Shown piece by piece: positions 11,053-21,337 of a stretch of DNA of 64,000 bases. The notes beneath the pieces are model-generated. The model saw only the letters and a program-made list of their open reading frames with translations, searched no databases and was not told the origin of the DNA. This DNA is from Leptospirales bacterium (lineage in GTDB: Bacteria; Spirochaetota; Leptospiria; Turneriellales; JAOUFE01). A program made the translations under genes and the position numbers. Each line of letters opens with the position of its first letter. The stretch's first letter is position 1. The stretch covers positions 1 to 64,000 of the forward strand of contig JBEQLE010000014.1 of the NCBI GenBank assembly GCA_040326155.1, in the 5' to 3' direction.

Positions 11053-11265
11053 ATGAGTAAAGAAACACAAAAAATAATAAATGCTGCCAAACAAGCTGGT
11101 AAAAAAGCAAGAAAAAGTGCAAAACAACAAGGGTATGAATTTGTACAATTTGAAAACGGTATTTTGTCCAAAATAGAAAACGGGCATAAAAAACAGTTAA
11201 AAGAGATATCAGACTACGCAAAAGTCAAAGAAGAAATTCTGCAAGATAATAGAATTGCCTTATAA
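11053..11265 (+). CDS. Small basic protein, putative partner/antitoxin of zeta-like ATPase
   Basis: 70 aa, overlaps the next ORF; AGKKARKSAKQQGYEFVQFENG resembles partners of this family. Confidence 0.6.
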   Translation: MSKETQKIINAAKQAGKKARKSAKQQGYEFVQFENGILSKIENGHKKQLKEISDYAKVKEEILQDNRIAL

Positions 11266-12028
11266 ACTTCAAAAGCGACTGCGAATATTTGCGGGGCCTA
11301 ATGGGTCTGGTAAATCAACCCTATATCAAAATTTCCCACCAGAAATCAAACGAGGAATATATGTCAATGCTGACGACATTGAAAAAGAGTTGAGGGAAAA
11401 TGGTTCTCTAGATTTCATTCAGTTTCAAATGTTGCCTATCAAAAGAAAACTACAAAACTTTATTGCATCACATAGATTTAATAACAAGGTAAAAAATCAA
11501 TCTGCAATTGATATATCTAAAAATATACTCAAATTACCATCGCAGTATGTTACTTCATATTGGGCAGCCATGATTGCTGACTATATTCGTAAAACACTGA
11601 TAAAAGAGGGCAAATCATTATCCTTTGAAACGGTAATGTCAGGCGTTGATAAAATTGAATTGATGCAAATGGCCATAAAACAAGGATATAAAATTTACTT
11701 ATACTTTATGTGTACAGAAGACCCCATTATTAATATCGATAGAATACAGTATAGAGTTTCAAATGGCACTGGGCATTCAGTTCCAGATAAAAAAGTGAAA
11801 GACAGGTACTATAAAAGCCTTGAATTGCTTGCCAATGCAGTTTTGATCAGCTATCGAAGTTACATGTTCGACACTACGGGTGAAAATGACCGGCGACTTT
11901 GTGCAGAAAAAACGCCCAGACTATTGAGAGTATGCAAACCCAAGGAAATGCCTCACTGGTTGTATAAGTATTTATTGGTGAAAAATTTTGATAGATCAGA
12001 ACCGCTACCACTAAGAAAGTTGAAGTGA
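11255..12028 (+). CDS. Zeta-toxin-like P-loop kinase/ATPase
   Basis: RLRIFAGPNGSGKST, VNADDIE, SFETVMS, RIQYRV..G.GHSVP. Confidence 0.85.
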   Translation: MPYKLQKRLRIFAGPNGSGKSTLYQNFPPEIKRGIYVNADDIEKELRENGSLDFIQFQMLPIKRKLQNFIASHRFNNKVKNQSAIDISKNILKLPSQYVTSYWAAMIADYIRKTLIKEGKSLSFETVMSGVDKIELMQMAIKQGYKIYLYFMCTEDPIINIDRIQYRVSNGTGHSVPDKKVKDRYYKSLELLANAVLISYRSYMFDTTGENDRRLCAEKTPRLLRVCKPKEMPHWLYKYLLVKNFDRSEPLPLRKLK

Positions 12029-12158
12029 AGATGTATTTCGAATAGGTATAGCCAGTAATTACAGAGTACCAAAAAGTTTTATGTAAAGCTTATCAGCAAA
12101 AAGAAAATAAGATAGTTTTCTTATTGTCCGAATGAGACTTTCATCTTGCTTGGTTTAT

Positions 12159-12512
12159 ATGGATTTGCAAACATTTTTACACCAAATAAACAATTCATCC
12201 GAAACTGTGACCTTTGATGAAACAATGGAAGTGATTGATACAATGTATGATTTTGTACCGGTTGCCTTTAGCAATGGTACGCTAAACAATGATGCCGGTC
12301 AGAATAATGGTTCCTGCAAGCTTTTTTCATTTTCTGCACTGCAAGGGTTTTCCAGTGCGCAGACACTTGCATGCTTTGGAGATTATTACAGAAAGGATGT
12401 ACTTGGTAATCCGGAGGGAACCGACCACCAGAATATTCGAAACTTCATGAAAACTGGATGGGACGGAATAAAGTTTACTGCAGATGCTTTGGCTGCCAAG
12501 AGCACACCATAA
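12159..12512 (+). CDS. HopJ-family protein
   Basis: NDAGQNNGSCKLFSF, FGDYYR.DVL.NPEGTDHQNIRNFM..GWDGI. Confidence 0.9.
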   Translation: MDLQTFLHQINNSSETVTFDETMEVIDTMYDFVPVAFSNGTLNNDAGQNNGSCKLFSFSALQGFSSAQTLACFGDYYRKDVLGNPEGTDHQNIRNFMKTGWDGIKFTADALAAKSTP

Positions 12513-12923
12513 GAACTTATCATCCTTTTGATCTCTAGAAAACTCTGTTGATTCTGTGATGTCAATTAGAGTTGTATTCTTTACTAAATAATTTCGCCGG
12601 TGTCAATTTTGACTTTTCTTTTTTCTGACATTCTTAGTAACTTTGGCACCTTCTGCTTTATCAATTCCCAGTTTTTTTGCCAATGCTCTACTAGTGCTGT
12701 GACTGGATAGATGTTACATTAGCTTGTTTCAATATAATCTATCTAGTCACTGCTTAAGTCATAGACTCTGAGTGCAAAAGGCACTTCGAGTGGCGTTTCC
12801 ACTTGAATTTGTGAAGCGGTAGCCGTCGGCTAGCGGAAAAAATTAAAAAGACACGGCACTCGTATGAATGAATTCTTTGAATTCTTCGATTTTTACCCAA
12901 CATCGACCCCACTGTTTATAAAA

Positions 12924-13035
12924 GGGGAAGCGTAGGCTCTTTGTGTAAGGTCATAGCATGCTATGGCCTTACTTAAAAGCCGGAGCGGGGGGAAAATATA
13001 TAATCGGGGTCTGGAATGTACCAGTTTTCCCCGCT
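12924..13035 (+). repeat. Dispersed structured element, copy E2
   Basis: ggggaagc-gta-ggct-c-ttt..taaggtcatagc/gctatggcctta..aaa-agcc-gg-agcgggggg-aaaa..ttttccccgct. Confidence 0.6.
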
Positions 13036-13080
13036 AAAACTTAATAGATAAACCTTGCTAATGTATTTAAACATCTTATA

Positions 13081-14295
13081 ATGGCGACAATGCGAATAAA
13101 AATACCCTTATTCTTCATATTACTGCAGGCGATGTTATTTTTGAGCTGTGCGAACAGCGATGACCTCTACCAGGCACTTCAACAACGCATCGATGAACTA
13201 ACATCACGAGTATATAGCACAACGGCTTCGCGAGTTTATGGACAGTCTGGAAGTTATACTACAAACAATGTGAATAACGGCGCTGCCCCTGACCCGGCTT
13301 CCGGTGATAGTTTATATTCTCCTTATGATGTTGCCGTAGATTCGAGCGATGGAATATATGTGGCCGACAATTCAAATTGTCGTGTATTATATTATGCATC
13401 CGGAAGCACAAGTGCGTCACGTGTGTATGGACAGGACGGAAGTTTGTGGGCAAACATCTGTAATTCTGGTGGTATAACTCCGGATAGTTTGAATTCTCCT
13501 ACTGGCGTAGCATTAGACTCGAGTGGAAACTTATATGTGGCTGATGCTTTTAATAATCGTGTATTGTATTACAACTCAAGTAGCGTAAGCGCATCGGATG
13601 TTTACGGACAATTTGGTGATTTTACTTCCGGTACAGCCAATAACCTGGGTCTCTCTGAGGAGAGTTTGAACGTTCCCTATGGTGTAGCCATAGATTCCGG
13701 AGGCGGATTGCTTGTGTCTGATTTCAACAATTACCGTGTATTGTATTACAACTCAAGCAGCGTGATCGCGTCTCAGGTTTATGGCCAGTTTGGAGACTTT
13801 ACTACAAATACTTCCAATAATGGCGGTGTTTCGCCAGAGAGTTTAAGTACACCCTATGGTGTAGCATTCGATTCCGACGATGGGATCTATGTGGCCGATG
13901 GTGGTAACAATCGTGTATTATATTATGCATCTGGCGGCCCCACGAGTGGGACCGCTTCGCGAGTTTACGGACAGGCCGGAGATTTTACGACAAGTACAGC
14001 CAATAATGGCGGTATCTCTGCAGATACTTTGAGTACGCCCATCGGTGTTGTCGTAGATTCCTTTGGTGGGTTGTATGTGGCTGATGCGGGGAATAACCGT
14101 GTGTTGTATTATCCTTCAGGCAGCACGACGGCTACGCGGGTTTATGGGCAGTTTGGAGATTTTACCACAAATACGGCCAATAATGGCGGCGTATCTGGCG
14201 ATAGTTTGTATTATCCCTCCGGTGTCGAAGTCGATTCCAACGATGGATTGTACGTGGCAGATTCGACGAATAATCGTGTTTTGTATTTTTATTGA
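13081..14295 (+). CDS. NHL-repeat (6-blade propeller) lipoprotein
   Basis: Lipobox FLSC; six repeats of P.GVA.DS..GLYVAD..NNRVLYY...ASRVYGQ. Confidence 0.9.
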   Translation: MATMRIKIPLFFILLQAMLFLSCANSDDLYQALQQRIDELTSRVYSTTASRVYGQSGSYTTNNVNNGAAPDPASGDSLYSPYDVAVDSSDGIYVADNSNCRVLYYASGSTSASRVYGQDGSLWANICNSGGITPDSLNSPTGVALDSSGNLYVADAFNNRVLYYNSSSVSASDVYGQFGDFTSGTANNLGLSEESLNVPYGVAIDSGGGLLVSDFNNYRVLYYNSSSVIASQVYGQFGDFTTNTSNNGGVSPESLSTPYGVAFDSDDGIYVADGGNNRVLYYASGGPTSGTASRVYGQAGDFTTSTANNGGISADTLSTPIGVVVDSFGGLYVADAGNNRVLYYPSGSTTATRVYGQFGDFTTNTANNGGVSGDSLYYPSGVEVDSNDGLYVADSTNNRVLYFY

Positions 14296-14339
14296 ACCAA
14301 ATTATACCACGCATCTTTTCGAAATATATATTCTGCCTT

Positions 14340-16106
14340 TTATTTCATGAACATATCTTCCACATTGTAAATTTCTTGCGGCTGCTCCAGACTTTCCTCT
14401 TCTTGTATCTGTTCATAAAGTTTGTTTTTTTGAGATTTCCTGGCGGGTTTAGACTTTTGAATTTTCATGAATTTATTCCACACGGCTATGGGTACCGATA
14501 TTGTATAACTAAAGTTAAACTTTTTCTTTGAACCGGCTGAAAGATTAACGGTCCATTTTAAAATTCCGTTTGCATCTTTCTCGACATTTTTGTCATTCGA
14601 ACCAATAAACTTTGTAGTTATATTAGGGTCGGCAGCTATCGGGAATTGGTCATACACTATGACTTGTCGTTTCTTGTTGGAATAATTAGCCACCTCAACT
14701 TGCCATTGATTTAGCAATTGCACTTTTTTACCAATTAACCCGGAGTTGACAATTTCACCCTTAATCAATTTTCGTTTAATTTGAAAGCGTTGGTCAGGCC
14801 CCAGAAAAACGTCGAATTCTTCACCCACCGCCGTATACGAAGATAACCTGGTATTGCCCACAAAGTTTCCATCTGGAAAAAGGCTCATGTCACCGGGAAC
14901 CAGAGGTATCTTTAAAGTATTTTTAATTCTGGCTTTTATAAAAACGTATTTCGATATCGAGGGAATGGCAATGTATGACATTTTAGCTGAAAGCTTTCCA
15001 TCATGCAATTTCACACGGTGTTCCGAGTAATCGCTTTTTATGCTTTCGCGGGTAGGTATTTTCATGGTAACTTCTGCGCCTTCGGCGGCGTTGCTGAACT
15101 CAGGCTCGGATTCCAATGCCCTGGTTTCATCATCAGCAAAGGAGTTCATATCGTCATCCTTGTCTCGTCTGTCCCTGATTTTCCCTTTTCCCGTCTGTCC
15201 CATATTGCCAGGGCGAATTCTCCAGGGTTGCAGAAAACCCGGCGATGTTCCTTCTACGGGTCTGGCTGTTGACAGAGTCAGTTTAACGGAATCCCAGTTC
15301 TCACCGGTGTTTTGCCGAATTTTTGCTGAGCTCAGAAGACGAAATTCACCTTTTTCAAGGTCGCCTCGCAGCTCATAAGCGCCGACCCAGGAAACTCCTT
15401 TCGTAATATACTCCAGAATTATTTCCCCACTTTTGTCAGCGCCTTGCGCGTAAGATACGTCTACTTCCAGCGGGTAATATTTTTTTCCAGAGGTCTCTTC
15501 TCTGAATTTTTGATAAGTCTTATTGTACTCTTTGTTAAGGTTTTTAATTTTGTTTTCGGTTAGTCGAATTTTCTTTTGATATTGAGTGCGACTCGATTCT
15601 ATAAAACGCATGGCTTTGGCCCAGTCTTCTACATCGATTGATTTTCTACTTATGTCTCGGTCAGTCTGCATGGTAGTGAGCTTTGCAAATGATTTTAAAA
15701 GCTGAAGCTGGGTTTGATAATTTGAAATTAGATCATTTTCGCTGCGAATTTTTTTAGTAATTACTTCCATCTTTAATCTGAGTGGATGATTTTCATAGTT
15801 TTCATTTCTGTTGGTTGGAATTTTTCGAACAAGGATTCCCGAGATCGATATTCCCTTTCCGGATACCCGAATTGACCCAGGGTCTAATTTTTCCGGTAGC
15901 TGTGTAAAAGTGACTCTCCCCTGACTCTTGGATAGGTCGACAGCTTGGACTCGACGAACCAGAGCTCGGTCAGAATACAAAATAACCGAGTCGACCTTTC
16001 CGGTAACTTTTTTTGCGGGTATATCTTCAGCCAGTATGGATTGGAAAAATGTAAACAATACAAAGAATAGGGTATATCGAATTAATTTCATAAGATGAAT
16101 ATTCAT
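14340..16106 (-). CDS. Mucoidy inhibitor MuiA family (DUF4140/DUF4139) protein
   Basis: Signal peptide, VILYSDRALVRR, LDPGSIRV, coiled coil, QNTGENWDSVKLTLSTARP, VYDQFP. Confidence 0.88.
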   Translation of the reverse strand: MNIHLMKLIRYTLFFVLFTFFQSILAEDIPAKKVTGKVDSVILYSDRALVRRVQAVDLSKSQGRVTFTQLPEKLDPGSIRVSGKGISISGILVRKIPTNRNENYENHPLRLKMEVITKKIRSENDLISNYQTQLQLLKSFAKLTTMQTDRDISRKSIDVEDWAKAMRFIESSRTQYQKKIRLTENKIKNLNKEYNKTYQKFREETSGKKYYPLEVDVSYAQGADKSGEIILEYITKGVSWVGAYELRGDLEKGEFRLLSSAKIRQNTGENWDSVKLTLSTARPVEGTSPGFLQPWRIRPGNMGQTGKGKIRDRRDKDDDMNSFADDETRALESEPEFSNAAEGAEVTMKIPTRESIKSDYSEHRVKLHDGKLSAKMSYIAIPSISKYVFIKARIKNTLKIPLVPGDMSLFPDGNFVGNTRLSSYTAVGEEFDVFLGPDQRFQIKRKLIKGEIVNSGLIGKKVQLLNQWQVEVANYSNKKRQVIVYDQFPIAADPNITTKFIGSNDKNVEKDANGILKWTVNLSAGSKKKFNFSYTISVPIAVWNKFMKIQKSKPARKSQKNKLYEQIQEEESLEQPQEIYNVEDMFMK

Positions 16107-16187
16107 TTGGGATATAAATTGTCAAGAACCTTCGTGGTCTAAATCGGTAACGCACCGCGAACCGCGTTTTTTTGTGGAGTTGCACTC

Positions 16188-16796
16188 TCAGGCTTTGAGA
16201 CCATGTTTTAGAAAAAGAATAAATTCCTTTAAATATTCCATTGCTTTAGTCAATTCGAATTCTTCATCTTTAAACAAGATATCATCAAATGAAGAGAATA
16301 ACGATCTAATTAGTTTGTCAATAAATTCTGGAGAATACTCACTCTTAAAAGCTCCGGCCTGGTATGATTCTTCGATCATCTGACTTAGCCCCGATTCGTC
16401 ATCTGCCTTTAGGTCCTCTAGCACTTGTTCATATATAGCGGTTCCCTTTTCTTTGGAAAACCTCTTGCCAAGTTTATAGTATACCGGGTGTGCATTCGCA
16501 AAACGAACTCCAATCTCTGCTTGAACCCAAAATAAATCAAAGATATCTTTAGCTTCTTTCGGGTTCGTATCCGTCTTCGTTTCGGTTTGAATATACTGCC
16601 ACTTTCTCTGGTTGCACTCTTTCAATAGGTAGATGTACAGTTCAAATTTATTGGAAAAACGGTAATAAAATGAACCTTTAGTGACCTTGGCTTTTGAGAG
16701 AATCTTATTGATGGAAGCCTCTTCATAACTGTGCTGTGAAAATTCCTCGAGAGCCTCATGAAACAACGCCTGTTCGTCAATGGATCGTTTTCCCAT
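16188..16796 (-). CDS. TetR/AcrR family regulator
   Basis: ALEEFSQHSYEEASINKILSKAKVTKGSFYYRFSNK HTH. Confidence 0.93.
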   Translation of the reverse strand: MGKRSIDEQALFHEALEEFSQHSYEEASINKILSKAKVTKGSFYYRFSNKFELYIYLLKECNQRKWQYIQTETKTDTNPKEAKDIFDLFWVQAEIGVRFANAHPVYYKLGKRFSKEKGTAIYEQVLEDLKADDESGLSQMIEESYQAGAFKSEYSPEFIDKLIRSLFSSFDDILFKDEEFELTKAMEYLKEFILFLKHGLKA

Positions 16797-16800
16797 TATA

Positions 16801-17682
16801 TTACAGAGCTTTTTTTATTTCCGGGACATAGTCGCTTGTGAGCTCCATTAGAGAATAGATTTTGTCTTTATCTTTGCTGTATGTGTTCGAGTCAACTTCC
16901 TGGTTGTGTTCATCAAAATATTTTCCTGAAATGTTTGCGACACTATTAGAGACGGCAAAATGGGTGTAGGTTCGGGCCATGGTTTCGGGAGTTATGGATT
17001 TTTTCGCTTTCACAGAATAAACCCATTTCATAAAGGACGAGAGTTCTGGATGTCGCGCTAAATCAATTTTGACTGCCGTGACGCGAATGCTGTTTACTGT
17101 AATCTTTGTATTTTTAAGGCGCTCGGCCAGCCAATAAGTATACATGAGTTGGGCGATTTTAGATTGGTAATATGCATTGACGATACTAAACTTTTTTTCT
17201 TTAAACTCTGGGTCATGAAGATCCACTTTTAAAAAGGGTTTGGCAAGTAAGCCCTTTGAGGTGATTGTAAGAATACGACCATTCTCACTTTGCTCAAGCA
17301 TATCCAAAAGTAATTCCGTCATGTACACAGGCCCTAAATGATTCGCCGCCCAGACTGTTTCAATTCCTTCGATGTTTTCTTCCCGTTGTTTCTGGGTAAC
17401 GTTGAAAATTGCCGCATTGTGAATGAGTACATCCAAACGCTTATTTTTACTTTTGAATGACTTGACAAACTTCAGAATCGAATCGCGTAGACCCAGGTCA
17501 ACAATCTGCAACTCTACAGAACTGTTTGAATCTAGTTCTTTAATTTCATCCAAAGTCTGCTGACCTCTTTCTCTATTGCGACATGCTAAAATTACATGAT
17601 ACCCTTCACCTGCAACTTGAATTGCTGCCTGTCTTCCTATCCCGGCGTTGGCCCCTGTTATTATGCAAGTTTTTTTATCCAT
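16801..17682 (-). CDS. SDR oxidoreductase (retinol dehydrogenase-like)
   Basis: ITGANAGIG, LDVLIHNAA, NHLG, YYQSK. Confidence 0.93.
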   Translation of the reverse strand: MDKKTCIITGANAGIGRQAAIQVAGEGYHVILACRNRERGQQTLDEIKELDSNSSVELQIVDLGLRDSILKFVKSFKSKNKRLDVLIHNAAIFNVTQKQREENIEGIETVWAANHLGPVYMTELLLDMLEQSENGRILTITSKGLLAKPFLKVDLHDPEFKEKKFSIVNAYYQSKIAQLMYTYWLAERLKNTKITVNSIRVTAVKIDLARHPELSSFMKWVYSVKAKKSITPETMARTYTHFAVSNSVANISGKYFDEHNQEVDSNTYSKDKDKIYSLMELTSDYVPEIKKAL

Positions 17683-17706
17683 TTTTCATTCTCCTGAACT
17701 TTTGCT

Positions 17707-17740
17707 TATAGACCATATAGTCTAGACCGCATGGTCTATA
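17707..17740. promoter_or_regulatory. Double palindromic operator, probably for the TetR regulator
   Basis: tatagaccat..atggtctata (10-bp arms) made of two overlapping TAGACC-N4-RGTCTA sites, 25 bp upstream of the SDR-tetR operon. Confidence 0.75.
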
Positions 17741-17983
17741 CGAGAATGTATAAATTAAAGACACATTTGGCAAATTTATTTCAAGATAATGTTAATAATT
17801 TCTGTATTTTTTAAATGTATTCATCTTTCAATAGCCGGCAATTCTAACAACTATTGATTATTCTTTTATAAAAAACAAAAAACTTTTTGAAGTAAATGCC
17901 TGATTGTATTTCATAATTCACCCACTCCATCGCCTGGCGTAAATCGTCCACCTTTTCGCGGGAAGATTACACTGGCTTTCTTA

Positions 17984-18012
17984 TTGACAAATGATATGAT
18001 ATTTTTTATGCT
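17984..18012 (+). promoter_or_regulatory. Sigma70-like promoter of response regulator
   Basis: TTGACA-17 bp-TATGCT. Confidence 0.6.
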
Positions 18013-18026
18013 AAGCAAAACAGTCA

Positions 18027-18674
18027 ATGGATAATCGGACATTAAATATTGTTATTGTAGAGGACGACCTGGAAATAGGTCAACATATATCATGTGCTCT
18101 TAATGGTAGTAAAGATTTTAAATTACTTAAATGGTTCAAAGATGGCATAGACGTTATTTCGAAAATTCCGGAAACAACTGATGTAGTAATATTAGACTTA
18201 GGTCTTCCCGACGGTTCCGGTCTTGATTTAATTAAGCCTGTAAAAGAAAAAATAAGTAATATTAAAATAGTTGTTTTTACGATATTCGAAGACGATGACA
18301 AGCTTATTTCAGCTATTGCTCAAGGAGCGAATGGATACCTGCTTAAAGATATTCCCGATGAACTTTTGTTGCGAGAATTAAAATCTGTCTGTTTAGGAAG
18401 TGTTCCGATTTCGCCTAAATTGGCCCTGAATATTATCACACATTTTACGGGAGAGGATGTGACCGGTTCGCCTATTTCAAAAAGAGAGAATGAAGTTTTG
18501 GGACTCATCTCCCTTGGATATACATACAAGGATATCGCTGATGAGTTGAATATTAGCCCAAATACGGTTCGCAGGCATACGGACAATATCTATAGAAAAC
18601 TCGAAGTCAATAGTAAATCTGAAGCTCTTATAAAAGCTAAAAGGGGCGGATTTCTCAAGCCTCCTCTTTTATAA
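18027..18674 (+). CDS. NarL/LuxR-family response regulator
   Basis: IVEDD, VILDLGLPDGSG, GANGYLLK, SKRENEVL..ISLGYTYKDIA.EL.IS.NTV..H. Confidence 0.95.
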   Translation: MDNRTLNIVIVEDDLEIGQHISCALNGSKDFKLLKWFKDGIDVISKIPETTDVVILDLGLPDGSGLDLIKPVKEKISNIKIVVFTIFEDDDKLISAIAQGANGYLLKDIPDELLLRELKSVCLGSVPISPKLALNIITHFTGEDVTGSPISKRENEVLGLISLGYTYKDIADELNISPNTVRRHTDNIYRKLEVNSKSEALIKAKRGGFLKPPLL

Positions 18675-20508
18675 CAGGAGAATTCATAATAAAGATATTT
18701 TTCCCATCATGAGTTGTAAATGATCTTGCCCGCGCTCGAATCAATCCACACCTTGCAATAATATTTCGTAAACCGGAACCTACATTTTCTCGCCTGGAAT
18801 TAGAACTCCAGCTGAATGAGCTTCCATTCGTTGTAACAAGGAGACGCATATAATTACTGGAATTTTTTCTTATATGGGCAATATGAATATCGATATCCGT
18901 TGCATTACCATGCCTGATTGAATTTGTAAACCACTCCTGCAAAATTCTAAAACTATGCATGCGAATGGGGACACTGACTCCAGTTGGAATATTATCAAGC
19001 TTCAACGTTATATTAAACTTATCTAACTTATCAAACGAGCTAAAGTAATTTCTGATGTCCTGAGAAAAAGTCTGTTCGGGATGATTAGACATGTTTAATA
19101 TTGTTGTAAAATCACGAGTATCTTCTAAGACATGTTCCAGTTGTTTTTTCAATGCGAGAAGTTCCGGCTTGTCCGCAACTGAATATATCGCCTTAGTCAA
19201 TTCAGTTCCTACTGTATCGTGCACTTCACGAGTTAATATTTCTCTCTCTTTATACATTTTTAATTCAGTCTCGTAATATTTCTTCCTTAACAGATTATAC
19301 CGATCAGCCAAACCTAATGAAAGTAAAATGACTTCCATGACTGAACCGATCTGGAATCCATATTGTATAAAAAATGAGCTTGGTATAATTTTCAATAAGG
19401 AAAGCCAAATAAGAATACCGCCGCTGAGAAAAGTTGTCCATGCCAATAAGAAGTAGCGTGCTGGTCGATATCCTTTTTTATGAGATAACACACCAGCTAA
19501 GATAACGACGGCAACAGTGATTATCGAAAAAGTTGAAGTGATTTTAATTCCAAGAACAAAACCTACAAGGGGGGTTAACATGATCTGAAGAATCCAAACC
19601 CCGGTGAGCCCTAAAATAACTTTTTCCAGTTTAGGAGCGTTTATTTTTGCCTTTAAATAATTACTGGAGAATTGTAGCATAAATATATGAAAAAGCGCCA
19701 GGGAGAAAATAATTGAATTATTTCGAAACCATGTTCCAGTCTCTGGCCACAGGTGTTGACCAGCAAGGCCATTCCAAACTAACTGAAACATTAAAAAGCT
19801 GATAATATACAATACATAGTATAAATAACTTATATCTCGAATGGAAAAGAAAAGAAAGCCATTATAAATGATCATAATGAGCATCATTCCATAATAAAGA
19901 CCAAGTATTAGCTGTTTATTACTTATTTGTTTTGTGTATTTTTCTGACGACCAGATTTTTAAAGGAAACGGTACCGAACCCATATCAGCATATCGTATAT
20001 AAATAATTTTTTCTTCGCCAGATTTAAAATTTATATTTATAACAGGGTTTATATCTTTTATCTTTCTATTGTAAATCGGGGTGTCTTCATCGATTGTTAT
20101 TTTCGTGTAACTGCTGCCAGCTTCCTTTATAAAAAAATCAACTTTGTCAATTAACGGGTAGGCTACTTCTAATAACAGATTTACATTGGTCTGCTGATTA
20201 TTTATAAAATGAACTCTAACCCAGAAGTTAGACTGGCTAAAACCAAAAGAAGGAACAGCATTTTCACTTTTTTTAAATGATGAAAGTTTTTCTGTTAGAA
20301 TATTCTCGAATTTTAATTTTGCAGATTTATCTTCATATATTTGCAGATATAAACCCAGGTCTTTACCGTAGTTATTCTCATTAATCTTTACCAGGTTAGA
20401 TTCTGTGTTTGAATATATGGATGAGCCTGAACAAAACAATAAGAAAGTGAAAAGAGATAAAAACAAACGAATTATTGTGATTTTAAACAACACAGAAGAC
20501 ATATACAT
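18655..20508 (-). CDS. 7TMR-DISMED2/7TM-DISM sensor histidine kinase (HisKA_3 type)
   Basis: PSFGFSQSNFWVR, GLYYGMMLIMIIYN, ARYFLLAW, LSLGLADR, REVHDTVG, FRILQEWFTNSIRHG. Confidence 0.88.
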   Translation of the reverse strand: MYMSSVLFKITIIRLFLSLFTFLLFCSGSSIYSNTESNLVKINENNYGKDLGLYLQIYEDKSAKLKFENILTEKLSSFKKSENAVPSFGFSQSNFWVRVHFINNQQTNVNLLLEVAYPLIDKVDFFIKEAGSSYTKITIDEDTPIYNRKIKDINPVININFKSGEEKIIYIRYADMGSVPFPLKIWSSEKYTKQISNKQLILGLYYGMMLIMIIYNGFLFFSIRDISYLYYVLYIISFLMFQLVWNGLAGQHLWPETGTWFRNNSIIFSLALFHIFMLQFSSNYLKAKINAPKLEKVILGLTGVWILQIMLTPLVGFVLGIKITSTFSIITVAVVILAGVLSHKKGYRPARYFLLAWTTFLSGGILIWLSLLKIIPSSFFIQYGFQIGSVMEVILLSLGLADRYNLLRKKYYETELKMYKEREILTREVHDTVGTELTKAIYSVADKPELLALKKQLEHVLEDTRDFTTILNMSNHPEQTFSQDIRNYFSSFDKLDKFNITLKLDNIPTGVSVPIRMHSFRILQEWFTNSIRHGNATDIDIHIAHIRKNSSNYMRLLVTTNGSSFSWSSNSRRENVGSGLRNIIARCGLIRARARSFTTHDGKNIFIMNSPVIKEEA

Positions 20509-20683
20509 TTATTACCCCTGATGTAAATCAGATTATTTAAATTCATACATGTAGCAACATAATCCTTTGTACAGAACTAATCGATTTCAGCCATTCTGTC
20601 TATAGTGCATCTTGCACTATAGACAGTACGTTATAATTGTGATATACAGGAAACAACGAATTATCTATAAAATGGAGGACATA

Positions 20684-21331
20684 ATGAACATAAAAAATAT
20701 ACAAAAACGTAATCTGTTACATATTTTGGTGATCGGATTTTTTGCACTATTTGCGATATCATGCGCCAATAATGGCGGCTCTGGTTCTGACTCAAATTCC
20801 AGCAGTGAGTACATACCAACTGCGATATTATTATTTTCAACTGCTGCGGTAGATGGAAATTTTGGAGGCAGATCGGGCGCCGATACCTTATGCGCCAATG
20901 CCCAGCCGGTAGCTTACACATGCAATCAGATACGAGCCTTTATTTCAACTGATGGATTTAACGGCGCTGATGAAATTATTGATATGCCGACAAATTACAG
21001 TGTGCCAACAGACTTACCTTTGAAAGGGCCAACAGACGTAACTGTCGCTAATGACTGGGCTGATGCCATTGATGGTACGTGGATAACTTGCCTGGGAACT
21101 TCATGCGAAAACCTAACTACTCCGTCTGATGTTATTACCAGTGCATTTTACTGGACAGGATCTTATGATGACACGACGGGTAATCCGACATACTGTTCCG
21201 GGTGGACATCAAATGCTAATGCTGACACTGGACGATCGGGTTTCTGGACGAAAAGCACCAGTGGAGGGCACATAGGTGGATCGTCAAAGACTTGTGACTT
21301 GACTCAACCACTTATTTGTCTATGCTATTGA
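20684..21331 (+). CDS. DUF1554 (Len/endostatin-like) lipoprotein
   Basis: SD GGAGG; FAISC; DGNFGGRSGADTLC, YWTG, C.GWTS, C.....LICL. Confidence 0.82.
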   Translation: MNIKNIQKRNLLHILVIGFFALFAISCANNGGSGSDSNSSSEYIPTAILLFSTAAVDGNFGGRSGADTLCANAQPVAYTCNQIRAFISTDGFNGADEIIDMPTNYSVPTDLPLKGPTDVTVANDWADAIDGTWITCLGTSCENLTTPSDVITSAFYWTGSYDDTTGNPTYCSGWTSNANADTGRSGFWTKSTSGGHIGGSSKTCDLTQPLICLCY

Positions 21332-21337
21332 ACATTA

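Noticed and set aside
12159..12512. Type III secretion effector implied by the HopJ name
   Set aside because: The family is widespread in non-pathogens and no T3SS genes are in the window
12560..12720. Possible HTH remnant on the minus strand (ALAKKLGIDKAE)
   Set aside because: Too short, no start codon, cannot be assigned
12905..12990. Cobalamin or c-di-AMP riboswitch (ccactg..gggaag..agccgga; ggagcgggggaa)
   Set aside because: Only fragments match; the other conserved cores are missing, and the region is better explained as element E2
13200..14290. Regularly spaced DNA repeats resembling a CRISPR array
   Set aside because: They are in-frame NHL protein repeats with no unique spacers and no cas genes
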